Source: Paraspadella gotoi (Eukaryota; Animalia; Chaetognatha). From it: a stretch of DNA of 64,000 nucleotides. Location of the stretch: assembly GCA_051294375.1 (NCBI GenBank), contig CM119269.1, forward strand, positions 14,705,918 to 14,769,917, in the 5' to 3' direction. The notes beneath the pieces are model-generated. The model did no database searches and had not been told where the DNA came from. It saw nothing but the letters and a program-made list of their open reading frames with translations. Position numbers and translations under genes: made by a program. This document shows, piece by piece, positions 42,850-60,233 of this stretch. The first letter of the stretch is position 1; each line of letters starts with the position of its first letter.

Positions 42850-44170
42850 AGTTTACTATTCGACGACCGCAACCAACCTTAGGTACCACCGGTCGGTGGT
42901 TTGCTAATCCATTTAATTTTGTTTTCCCTCTCGCGTCGAGTCTCCGTTTGCGCAATAATATACACTTTTTGGCGCAGTAATATAAATTTCTTAATTTTAT
43001 AATTAATAATAATTGTTTTAAATTTATTTTAATTGCTATTTTTATGTTTGAGGTAGAAAATGAATTGTTTGTTTACGTACAACAACAATTTCGGACAACA
43101 TAACTTACATTGTAAGCAAAAACGAATTGATTTGTGAAACTAATAGTTTCACAGACTCGCTCTCTCTTCAAACTTCAAAGTTTGTGAAAATATTTGAAAT
43201 TTTGTTTAACAAATCAATTCGTTTTTGCGCTGATGAAGGTAACATTTATCATAAATTTTATGATTCTTAAAAAAACTCGTTGTACATAAACAAACAATTC
43301 ATTTTCTACCTCAAACAAATAACGCAACAAAATAAAAGGAAAAATGTTATATTTTTTAAACGGTGAGCAATTGGGTTAGGGGTGATTAGGTATTAAGGGT
43401 AGTTAGGGTAAAAGGAGGTTTCTAAATAAAATTTGTAATATAAATTTTTTTTTTACCGTTACCATGGTCCTTTTTTTATTTTTCCGTAACGAGATTTCTA
43501 TACGTCGCTCAAATTCAAATTCAAATTTTAATGGGAACAGTATTAAACTAATCCATTATTGCTATTAATTATTGTATTAAAATATTTTTTTGCAAAAATG
43601 TCCCGAACCATGAGTAATTCGCTAATTAATATTATTATATTGCTATTTAATGTCAAAAATTTTTTTTGGATATTTTAAGTTTTTTTAATTGATTCTGATA
43701 GAGCTTAAAAAGTTAAGCAAAAAATATAATTACAACTTTTTAAAATTTTGCTGTTTTATTACTAAAAATTAATAAAAACTGCTAAAATCATCGGATGATG
43801 ATGATGATGATGATTTTTTTAAGTTTTTCCCAATTTTGACCCACTAATCAACAAAATATTGAAAAAAGAATTATACTTTGTGTAGACAACTTTTTATAAG
43901 CTATCTGAATCTGCTTTTAAAAATACAAAATTTAAAAAAAAATTTTTGACATTTCCAATCTATAAATAAATATTAAAAAATTAATTACTAATGCTTCTAG
44001 CCATTTTAGAAAATTTTGGTCCATTGAAAGTTTTCTCAGAAATGTATGAAGTTTCATTTGGAAAGGTTCCCAAATCAAACTTCTGACCCACCCCATTGAC
44101 AAAGTTTGGCTCTATCATAAGAAGAGAAAAACAAATAACCGACCGCAAAATCCCGGTCGGCGAATGTAAA
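42850..44170 (-). mobile_element. Second, inverted copy of the same composite element, interrupted by a ~600-bp insertion (about 43511-44110)
   Basis: Reverse complements match: 44113-44170 to 48712-48772; 43451-43510 to 48771-48830; 43040-43330 to the hammerhead segment; 42850-43040 to 49150-49344. Confidence 0.7.
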
Positions 44171-44554
44171 ATTAATTAATAAGCCATTTATTTTTCATTT
44201 TTATTTTTGTGCGAACTAAAATACGTTCTGTTTAAGTAGCAATCTCAATCTGAATCTTTCCTATTTTCGATAATTTAAAATAAAAATTTCGTTAAAAGTT
44301 TAAAAAAATTTAAAATATTTAAAAAAATGATATAGTATATGTATGAAGTAATGTGAATACTGCATAGTTTACTCTCGTAACTTTATTTCACGTTAAAAAA
44401 TATAAAAATACCTGCAATTTTTATGAATTTCAATGATGTTAAACTGCTCTAAAACTAGATTTAAAACTCAATCTACTGCAAATAATAGATTTTAACGGAT
44501 TGTCATAATTTAAAATTAAACGTCAAATAATTATAAGTTTTTAGCGTCGTCACC

Positions 44555-44715
44555 CAGTCCAATCACGTTTGAGGCGTTCAGTAAAATGAATCCAATAGGA
44601 AAGAGATAAGAAGAAAACGTTAGCCAATCAGAGACGGAGGTTTTGAATCGCAACGGTCTTCCGAGGAACGACAAGGAATATTTGAATTTTGAAGGAATAT
44701 TGGGGAACGGTCGAG
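44555..44715 (+). promoter_or_regulatory. G2/M-type promoter of PLK1: three CCAAT boxes, CDE/CHR-like element, Myb-like sites
   Basis: CCAAT at 44559, 44592 and 44624 (spacing 33 and 32 bp). GACGG-4nt-TTTGAA with the CHR at 44642-44647. CAACGG at 44651. Further TTTGAA at 44681 and 44688. Confidence 0.7.
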
Positions 44716-45032
44716 ATGAAAACTGCATGGCTTGGGAATGATGCCGCATGAAAAACATGACTTTTGCGCTTTCTTCGTGGAATTTTCTTCCAATCGATTG
44801 CCACAGTTCCCTTGGCGACTTACGATGACGTCAAGAAATTCGTTTCTTTTTCGAAAATTTCCGAGCTCTGCTTTTTTCATCGATTTTTTTAGAACTTTGT
44901 GCCGCAAAGTCTTTGCCAAAGAAACCAGATTTAAAAAAAAAATATATACAACTAGATTATTTTAAATTTTACTATTACAAATTTACGCTATAATGAAATT
45001 AAAATTAATTCTCTTTCATAGAAGCAAAAAAG

Positions 45033-49771
<4,739 letters not shown>

Positions 49772-50227
49772 TCGAAATAAAAAATCCTCGATTTCTCTGT
49801 CGGATTAAATTGTAAATAGTGGTATGAGTGTTAATTAATATGCTGATTTTTCTACGAAAGTTCTATCTTGACTAAAAATACTATTACGGTCTTTATGAAC
49901 GCTTTCTATTGCTTGGCTGATTTGTAATTTCAATAAAAAAAACCTATTTAAATTTTAGTTTTTTCTTACTCGTTCATACTGGAAAATGTGACAGTGAACA
50001 AATATTCATTAATCATTATGAAATATTTACAACATGAGACCGAAATGAACAGAGAAGTTAAGACAAGAACGAACCAAAGTAGGAAATGTTTTCTCTGTCT
50101 CATTATTATAATTAAAAAGCTGGGAATCTGGAATATCGTCAGTGGGGAAAAACAAATTAAAACGAAACGTTTTACGGTTAATGAGTTGATGTATAATGTA
50201 CACAAACGGGCCATATGACCAGAATTT

Positions 50228-51679
50228 TCAGTCGAAGTCCATTTTGCTGTTGTACGCATCGAGTTCTTTATCTAGTTCCTCTAATGTTGCCTGAGGCCTT
50301 CCTCGGCCACGGCCGCCGCGTCCCCGGCCGCCGCGACCGCCGCGTCCGCCCCGACCAGGTTGGCCACTGCCTTTGGCGTTGCCCCTTTGTCCAGCACCTC
50401 CTCGACCGGATCCGCGCGAACCGCCACGGGCTCCTCGAGCGGCACTGGCGCCGCGTTTTGTGCCTCGCAGTTGCCGCTCGCGATTTCCGCCGAATCCACC
50501 TTGAATTGCAGCTGGAGCCTTTCGCGGACCGTCGATCTAAATAAATAATATTTATAATAGTTCTTTAAAAAACATATAAAAAAAACATTTGGTAGTTGGT
50601 TACTAGCTATTGGATTGTCGTACATATACCGTACTGACGGTACTATAGTTACATGGCCCCAAGTCGATAAGCGAAACGAATCCGAAAATCACAAAGCGTA
50701 TTCAATGGGCCTCTGGCTCACCAAAATCAGTATCTGCTCTACTTGTACCAGTGAGGTAGCCATTTGAATTTCCATTGGCCTTCCGTCAAGAGGGACGCCG
50801 TTGTACTGTTTAATAGCCTTCTTAGCGTCCGCCATTACGTTGAAGATGACGTCGGCAGTGCCGAGCGAACGGCCGGATCGATCGTAGTGGACCGCAGATC
50901 GTTGAAGGGTTCCGAACTCGGAGAAGAGCTCCTGTGACAAGCAAATCGGTACACAATAGTGAAAGTGGCCTTCGATACCTACTCTAAGGAGAAATTCCCT
51001 TTCCGATTTCTCTTTCTGATTTCCTTTCCGATTTTTCTTAGTTGACAATTGCCGAGGGGATTTTTAGAATAGGAAATCTACTTATAGGAATTTTACTTAT
51101 TTTACTAATGATATCAATTAAGCGTACCTGAATATCTGAGTCAGAAACGCCGAAGTCCAGATTGGAAACGATGAGTTTCACTCCATCTCCCGGCCGTTTG
51201 GCCGGCGTCGAGAGTGTGAACATGCGATTGTCCCAGACGTCTAGAACATTTCTCGGGCGCCTGAAAGTCGAAGCGCCTCTCTGTTGACGCTGCTGGGGCT
51301 GTTGCTGCAAAATTGGAAAAGAAAAAAGTTAAAAAGTTCGGGGGAATTCTCAACCTTCCTTGTTCGGACCCACCTGTCTGGCTCCTCTTCCTTGTCTACG
51401 CGCGGCGACGCCGCCTCCCCTAGTCCGTCTCAGCGCCGCAGTTGCTCGGGCGACGCTCTGACGAGCCAGGTTGGCGCTGCGCTTGGCACCACGAGCTCTT
51501 CCTCTGCCTCGGGAGGTGCCTCGACCCCTTCCTCCTCTTTGGGAGGCTGTCGCGCCGCCACGATTCGCTCCCCGTCCACTTCCGCCGCCTCGAGCGCCGC
51601 CTCGAGCGCCACGGACGCCGCGCGTCTTCTTGGACTTCTTAATGATATCTTCGAGACTCTGGTCGATGAAGTCGCCCAT
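50228..51679 (-). CDS. ALYREF: THO complex subunit 4 / Aly-REF mRNA export adaptor; exons 51679-51374, 51304-51128, 50931-50749, 50536-50228
   Basis: N-terminal UBM ([10 protein letters not shown]), RGG regions, RRM ([24 protein letters not shown]...[15 protein letters not shown]...[11 protein letters not shown]) and C-terminal UBM ([11 protein letters not shown]). Confidence 0.95.
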
Positions 51680-53652
51680 GTTTCGTTTATTTCTCGAACA
51701 ATCGATGAGGAGCAAACAGCAATTTTTTTTCTTTCTCTCAAATTATCGACTGGTCTTTTTTTCGTCGCTGCCGTGAGAGAATTCCGGGGCGAAATTTCTT
51801 TAACCTGGAGGTAAAGAAAGGATTTTGTGGCGGCCAACTCTTCCTGCTCCCTGGACGAGCTGCTCGATCCTGCGTCGTCGAGGAAGGCGTGTCGGGTGCG
51901 AAAAAATAAAAGAAAAAAGCTCGGCCTCGAAGCAGCTCGTCGACGAACCGTTGGAAGGAAGCAGAAGTTGACCATAAAAGGATTAGGACGGATTAAACTG
52001 GATGAAACGCCACTTAATTTTCGAGGGGAATATGGCAATGACTTTTTTTCAAGGCACGTCAGCTGCTCGATTGGCTTTGGCAAAGAGCGAATGTTGTTTC
52101 GATTGTGCCGAGAATAAAAAAAAACATTTGCGCGACGAATCGCGGAACACAATGGATTTTTTTTTTTGGTTAACTGGTCAAACGACAGCCTAAAAAGAAA
52201 CAACCGAGATTCGGAAAGAAGACAATTGTGACTTCAGAAAAAGAAGCCAGCTAAATCGGTTTCTTCTTTCTCCGTTTCGGAAGAATGAGAGAGCTCGATC
52301 CTCGCCAGGTTCTTTCGCTTTTCGATCGTTGCGAGCGAGAGATGTAAACTTGGCGGGTGCCTGGTAGAGTTTTTCCTTCAGACGAGAGAAGCCCACACTT
52401 TCTTGCGTTAAAAGTGATCTTCTGACCCGAGATTGCCAAAAAAAAATCACTCGTCAAGGAAATGTTTGTATGATAAAGAAAACTGGGGCGAGCACTACCC
52501 AGCACTCGAACTTTAGAATTGAAATTGATTGGCGGCATTGTTCTCCCACAAAATTCTTTTAAAGTTTAGTGAGCGCAAAGATTTTATGTAATTACGAGGT
52601 GGGCGTAAGCGTCGTAGAGGAATCACGGATGCGCGTTGGTTTACACCAAAAATACAACACATTTAACTAGTTTTTTATATTTTAATTTCGTTGGACGTTA
52701 CCTGTAATAAAAAAATACAAAAAATAATGAGACATAACAGAATAAAAAACAGATCATAACTACGAGACAAAGCGAAAGAAGGATTGCAAAATGTCTGTCA
52801 GGAATTTCGTGCGTTCATGAAACTCGAGACAAGCAAATGAATGCGAGCGCCAATAAGATTCAGCGGGCCAAAGAAAAATTGTTCAATGAAACAAAAGACA
52901 CGCTGATGCCGACCGGTCCACTCCTCACAATTAATGATTTGTCATGATTTTACAACTCATCGCCGTACTTACGAAAATAACACACATCCATGAAAGCTAT
53001 TTTCTACGAAACGACGCTGATCTAATTAAGAGAAAACCTCAGTTAATTTTTTAAAAATTATTAAAAATAAGATGAGAACATTCGCGAAAAATAGGTACTA
53101 AAGATTTAAAAGAAATAAATATAAATTTACGCTCCCCGGCAGGGGTTTCGAGAATATTTTTGACAGATACTGACCTCTCCTAAACAGAAACTAATTAATA
53201 AAATACTCCACCAGAGGTAATATAGAGGCGTCTACAGACGGAGACATGAAGAGGAGGGGAACGAGGCCTATAATAGTAAGGAGGATGAGAGGGCAAAGAG
53301 AAAAAGAGAAGAAAACAGCTCCCAAGTTTGGGAAGGAAGAGGGAGCGAACTCGGGCCAAGGGAAGAGAGACCAGGATGATTCACAGTTGCTTTTTCTTTT
53401 CTTTTTTTTCTTTTTGAGGGTTTTGTCACGAAACGCCAGTTTAATCTTTCTCTTCCCTTTTCTTCGGCTCAGTTTTTCACGACCCTCGCGCGTCTTCGCG
53501 GGCGATAATTAGTTGGCCAAATAATGGTCTCATCGAAACAGTTTTCGGGTTCGGCCGAGGAGACGGACGTTGAATAACGAACGAGATTCGGAAAAAGAAT
53601 AAAAAGAATTAGTGCCTACTTTGAATTCTAAAATCGACGAGAATTAAAAAAG

Positions 53653-56600
53653 ATGCCGATCGGGAAAAGCTCGTCGTCCAACGTGGGCGACGCGGGATCG
53701 GACCGCATCGTCCACTCGGGTTGGCTCATCAAGTCACCGCCAGAGAAGACGCTCTGGAGGCACAAGTGGAAAAAAACTTGGTTCGTCCTGCGGGAGGGCA
53801 ATTATCCCGGTCAATACTTGCTGCAGTACTTTAAACAGGTGAAGGCTGAAGACAATTCTCTGAAGAACATCATCTAAAAGACTTAAGCATAAGTCGTAAA
53901 TTACGAAAAGACATTTCAATTGGCTATTTCAGAAAACTGACAAGAAGCCTCGAGGCACGATAGATCTGAACCAATGCGAACAAGTCGACGCGGGTCTCGT
54001 CTTCGAATCCCGCAGAGTCGATTTCCCTTTCATTTTTGACGTCAAGACGAAAGACAGGTGCGCGTTGCTCAGTTTCATCCAACCTTTTATTTTATAACTA
54101 AGTAAACTTAGGGAAAAAAACAATCCTTTTTATCAATAAATATTTTGACAGAATTATCTTCGAAATCTTTATTAGTTGACACTGTTTAAAAAGAATATAA
54201 AATATTACAGCATTAAATATCCATTTACTAGAACGTACTACTTGGTGACACAAACAGAAGAGGAAATGAACAAGTGGGTGAACTGTATCTGTCGTTTGTG
54301 CAGATTTAAGATCAAAGAGGAAGACGAGATTATCGACGATTCTTCGAGACCAGGTTTCAAAATTTTCACAAATAATACAAAATATTTAAAGCTTTACATT
54401 TTTTTTAACAACAAAGGTTTACATGACTAATAGATAACAATTCCTTATGTAAAATACTTAGCACAATTTGTAACAATAGCGTCGACGCCAGCATCATTAC
54501 CAAGAAGGCCCTCAGTTGCGACGGTACAGTCATCTACAACAAGCGAGGGGAGCAGCAACAGCGGTGTGGGAGCAAACCAGACCCAAATCTCAAAACTTCA
54601 CCACACAATAGCAACGTCGTCGCGACGTGCCTCATCACCCCAGATTCGTTTGAGACATGCTTCCTCCAACGCTACGTCAACTTCTCATCTCTCCATGGGT
54701 ATTGAAAGCTCAAAACGAGAAGAAAGCAACTTTTCAACATAACCCGCGATAAAACTTTTTCCATTTTCAGCGAGCTCGGTCTCTCCTACCTCATTACCCG
54801 ATGAAGACGAAGATCGCGGCCCTTACATTCCCCTCGTCGAATGCGTCAGTGGTCGTCAAGCGAACGGCGTGGAAAGTGGACTACCGGCACACTCGACTTG
54901 GCAGCCGCAACAAATCCCGAGGTAATGACAATGGGCTTTCTTCAAATTTGATTTCGTGAGTTAATGTCCATCCTTATTTTCTTAGACCTACTCTTCCGAG
55001 ATATGGAGGCCATAATCCGTTGTGGTACGACGTGCCCTCCGCTAACGCTGAAATCGACGGTCCTGACAACTTTTACAAGGCTCCCAGTGGGCGAGGATCA
55101 ATCGCTGATATTTGGTATCAAAGCCCAAAAAGTACAGAAAAGATGAATGAACCTAAGTCATTAGCGAAGAAGCCAGCTCCGCCTCCTCCATCTCTGGTGG
55201 ACGAAGAAGAGAGTCTTGGGTTAGGAAATTCATTGTGATTAATGAGAAATTACAATAATTATTAAGGGATTTCCTGTTATAATTGCAGTGACAATCAACA
55301 ATCGTTAATGTACGATACTCCAACCGCCTCTGTCAACCAACAACGGTCGCGATCAGTGGAGCCGATGGAGAATCGACCGCCACGACCGCCGAAACCTTCT
55401 CATCTGCAGGCGACGCCTGCTGCTGTAATGGCGACGCTTTCGCAACCTGCGACGACTACGCCAACAACCAGCTCGTCTGACCAGGCGTTCAATTACGACT
55501 TTCCACCACCTAAGTCTAAGTCGGGAGAAATTAACGCTCTCACAGTTCCCCGGACTAAAGGTGACAAAAAAAATAAATATCATTTTACTTATGAATATTA
55601 AACCTAACGAATTTCGTATAGGAATAAGTTACGCAGAAGGCGACAGGGTTTCAACAACGGGAAGCAGCAGCACCGAACCCTCGCCTAGATTCGACAGACG
55701 AGAAACTGAGTTTACAGATTATAATATTAAAAACATACCAATCTCAACAAAATTTGGTAATCCGATCGAATCTCCCAGCAAAAGGCAGGAGTTCTATGAC
55801 ACCCCATCAAATGTGGCTCTTGATCTTGCCGGACATTTTCAAAAGCAAATCCTGACAAGTTCTGGGACGACCTCAAAGCCAACTGTGAGTTGTAAAATAG
55901 TAAAATTAGATAGAAAAAGTAGAAAAAGATTAATAAAGATTAATAAAGATTAATAACAAGGCAGCCAATTTTGTTCCATAGGATCCAAATGAGGGATATT
56001 ACTCAACCCCATCTGGTGCTCCTTTTCCCTCAATAACGCCACCGCCTTCATCTTCCATTCCATCTAGAGTTAAATCTGTTTCACCAGATATGACCACTGG
56101 ATCTTCAAGACCTCCACTCATTAAACAAAAGACTGACTCTGCACTTGACTACAAAATGGTGATTCCTAATCAATGCCATTAGGCATTTTATTAGCGATGC
56201 TTTAAACCTTTTCTTATGTAGTATTTTATTAATGCTCACTGCTCAGGATTATCCCCTTGCTCCACCACGGGTTGACCGAGACTTAAAGCCACGCCGTCCT
56301 TCTGACTGTGCTACTCCTTCACCTTCTCGGTAAGGAGCTAAACCCTTTGTTTTGGGGATATATTTTTTGATTTAAAAATCATTGAGCTTTTCTAAACTTC
56401 AGATCACCTATCGGACCACGAAGCGGAACTGGATCGTTGGACTCAATTCCCGACGAAGGAGCGACGAGCATTCGGGTAATTTTTTTTTTTTTTGATCCAT
56501 TGACTCATTCCCGGATCGAGATTAATTGTATTAAAACCCTCCTTAGTTACCGGTGGCGACCAAACGGACGAAGAGTTTTCAACGGAGCGACGCGACGCTG

Positions 56601-57011
56601 CCTCGCGTTTCCGACGTTGTTCTCCCAAGTCGGACAAAGACAGAAACTGAGGATTCATCGAGCGACGACGAGGATCGTCTGCTGCGTGACACCGACTCGA
56701 AATTGGCGACACTGAGAACGTCGCCCGGGAAAACCTCCACGCGGGAATACACTCTGGATCAGAAAATTCCTCCGCCCGATCCGAGTCTGTTTGCTCCCTC
56801 CCCGTCGATGATGCCCTCAGGAACCATCGAATATATCGAAGTAGAACCAGAAACCACTGGCGAGGGATTTTTCAACGACGCTCAATCCGATACAGTGTCC
56901 ATAAAAACTACTTACGAGCCAACGAACTATTCAATTGTAGACTTTCCAAGAACTAAAGCTCTAATAGATATGAAGAGAGAAAATGAAAGAGAAAAACTGT
57001 TCGCATCTTAA
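53653..57011 (+). CDS. GAB: GRB2-associated binder (GAB / Daughter of sevenless) docking protein, ~12 exons
   Basis: N-terminal PH domain (HSGWLIKSPPEK...WKKTWFVLR...PRGTIDLNQCEQVDAGL...YYLVTQTEEEMNKWVNCIC). YIPLVECVSG block, many YxxP sites, Grb2-SH3 site PPRVDRDLKP. C-terminal SHP2-type tandem tyrosines IEYIEV and TNYSIVDFPRTKAL. Confidence 0.92.
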
Positions 57012-57366
57012 TTAATTTTAGTTGTTACTCAGTAGGTATTACCGGTAATTTTTCGTTATTGTTTACCGAAAGGCCACGCTTTTAGATTTAATTTTCCAGT
57101 ACCAATTATGTTGCTACTTGCCAGTGAATTTTGAGTGCTTTATATGGATTTTTTGCCGACGATTCTGTTAATGTTAACGAACACAATTGATAGTTATGAT
57201 TCTAGTCTTCAGCTCAAAGCAAATTTAATAAATTCATTTATGCTTTGATTATTAAGATTGTTTTGCATCATGTGTGTTTCAAATTCACGCAATTCTCACA
57301 ATTCTTACAATTGCACAGGTCACAGTCTCTTAATCTTTAAAAACCATCGGATTCAAAATTTTCGCA

Positions 57367-59516
57367 ATGAATATTAAGGTATAAAATATATTTATATTTG
57401 ATTTTTATTTAAGATAGCTATACTAAATGGCTTTTTTATTCATTTTTATTCATTTAGGATCCAGAATCTCTTGTTCAATGTCCTTATGATAAAGTTCACA
57501 TGATACGCTTAAAACGGCTACCATATCATCTGCAAAAATGTAGAAGGAACTACAGGGGTCAAGAATACAGCGTTTGTCCGTTTAACGCAAGACATGAAGT
57601 TCCCGCTCCAGAATATCAACATCATATTACCCACTGCTCCGATAAATTCATAGTCGAAAAGGTAAGTCGTTCAATTGATTTTTATTAATTCTAAAAAGTT
57701 CTGCAAAACCAAGTAAGCAATTTCGACACTACTTTATTTAGGATATGGTTCATATCAAACGTCTACAAGAAGATGAAAAATACCGAAAAATATGCAATGG
57801 AGATAAACCAACAATGGAACCCGACGAACTAGATTCTGTGAGTCGGAACCAATTGGGCATGCAGGTAGTATTTCATGATAAGCCAGTAGTTGCATCAACA
57901 GAACTTTAAATTAAAACTTTATACGATGTAGGAAAGTAATTCCCTCCACTTTTTAACTACGGCGCCCGAGGAAGATGCGTTAGGGCCAGCACAGGTATAC
58001 ATAAACTTCGAGTTGTTTTTTTTCTACAAAATTTTTAGTCATGGAGAGATGATGAGACTTTTTCTTGTTTAGATAAGTCGACTTCAAAAGTTAAGGCAAA
58101 AAAGAATGGTTCAAAATGACGATCATAAACAAAAAAGCGAAGATATTTCTGATTGGCAAGGTGAGATAAATATATAAAACGGATATTCGTACATTATACA
58201 GAATTTACGTAAGATATATGTAGTAATTTTTATTATGTTTTTACTTTTTCGTTTATTATTTAAAACCAAAACGTTTTTATTAATATCCTAAACAATTTTT
58301 TTAACCATTTTCAGATACAAAACCAAGTTATCAAAAGCCCAAAACACTGCCAGTAGCTCTTCAAATGATGTCAACTTTTGGAAGAGGAGATAATTCATCA
58401 ATGCGAGGTTGGTTTTAATCTATCTAGCATCACCTCTCATTGTCCATGTTAATAGTTGAAGGCAAACAACGTTTTTAAGCAAGGCAAGCGTAAACTAAAC
58501 ATTTGTTTCTTAGGTCAATCACCAACTTGTTTAAGTTCGATTCAAGAATCTAATGCAATTTATGGAATTGGCAGAGGCACATACACATCTACCGCATTAA
58601 AAAAAATTGTGAGTATAAATATAAATTTTCAGCCCCCGAGTATTAAAAAATATTTCGGTCTAATATATGTTATTATCCAGCTGGTTGGACCATTTTGTCT
58701 AATCTAAATATAAGTTATAACAGTTTTTGTTATCAACGCGAATGAAATGAACGAAATATATGCTGCTGCTTTTTCTCAAGTGTCGGTTTTAGTTTTTACT
58801 TCGATGTAGTCGAAACAATCACCATCATCATTTCTTTTTAAAATTTACTACGTATATTATTACGCAGACAAATTTGAAACCGGGCTATGATAACGATTCA
58901 CCCTTTATTAAGAGGTAATCCCAAAAAAGAAATAATCTTATATATTATAATTTGGCACTTCATCTTTGTTTTTTCTTTTACAGTTCAGAACAATTGGAAC
59001 AGGAAGCTCAATACATGGAAATACCAGAAAAAAGCAAATTCCCATCGTGGCAAAAAAAAGCTACGCCTCGCTATAATTCCAGTTTTGCTGCAAACAGAAC
59101 CCCCTCGAGGCAGGCACAACTTCAAATTGCTCAAGCACAGGTAATTTTTAATATAAAATTTTATATGGACTTGCAGAGAAACTAGACAGATGCTAAGAAT
59201 AATTGAATGTATAATGTATATATATTTATTATGTATCTATAATATATAATCAATTGGTATGACTTCGCTCAAAGAATTATTTATCCATAATTGATTTGTG
59301 CCGTTTCGAGGAGAGGCAAAATTCAAAGGCAAATAATTATATTATCAGATATTTCTCAAATTACATTTTTAGGGAGAATGTCAGCCACCTTCCCAAAGCA
59401 AACAAACAATGGCTATAGGCCGAGGATTTTCACGGCATCCTCAGTCATTCCAGGATGAAGTCGACAGAGGCCCCAAAAATTTTGGCAGAGGACGAGGAAT
59501 TGTGTTTTGGAACTAA
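57367..59516 (+). CDS. GTSF1: Gametocyte-specific factor 1 / Asterix (tandem CHHC zinc fingers, piRNA pathway); 3' exon structure approximate
   Basis: Micro-exon MNIK, then exon 57458-57661 with CPYDKVH...HLQKC and CPFNARH...HITHC. A series of short GT-AG exons follows, ending [11 protein letters not shown]-stop. AATAAA at 59555. Confidence 0.85.
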
Positions 59517-60233
59517 TATTTCCTTTGTATTTGTAACTAATTTCGATAGCGTTGAATAAACTTAAAGCTAATGCAGTATAAATTGATATTAATATTCATA
59601 GCTAAGTATGTTTAATCAACCTAATTTATCTAGCTTCAATATTTTTCATTATTAAAGAAAAAAAGCTTGAGTTTTATAATAAGCAAAATGTTTTCGATTA
59701 CAAAAATTATGCAAGAAATTAAGTCAGTCGTTTCAAGCGCACACAAATTCTCAGTAAACCAAATAAACCTGCAAGCGGTATATGTAATTTCTGACGTATT
59801 AATTAATAATTACTCTTGTTAATGGTAACAAGAAAAGCGTTGAACCAAAAACAACTCTTATAACAACTTAAAATTACGTAATAATTTTTTGAAATAACCG
59901 ACATACGTTATGAAATCCTTCACGGACGGATTGGTGAAATCGGTTCACCCAATGTTCAGCATTAAAAATGTTTAAACCAAACTTCGATACCAGAATAAAG
60001 CTATTGCCCACAGCCCCTCTACTGTCGTTAATAAATTCGTCACGTAAAGATTTGCATCATTAAAATATATTATTATTAACATTTTTTGCTAAAAGTAGAT
60101 TTTTGTTCAATAAAGTGCCCTTTGCATCTTGAGTCAAATCAAATTTAGTCTTTCGCCCACTCGGCGAGCTCGCAGCTCATAAATAATAATCTCGAACATG
60201 ATCAAGAGGTGAGGAAGATAACGAAAGTTACCG

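Noticed and set aside
51430-52203. 257-aa minus-strand ORF and other ORFs overlapping ALYREF, TRIP11 and runx
   Set aside because: Alternative-frame or antisense shadows of GC-rich real exons and UTR.
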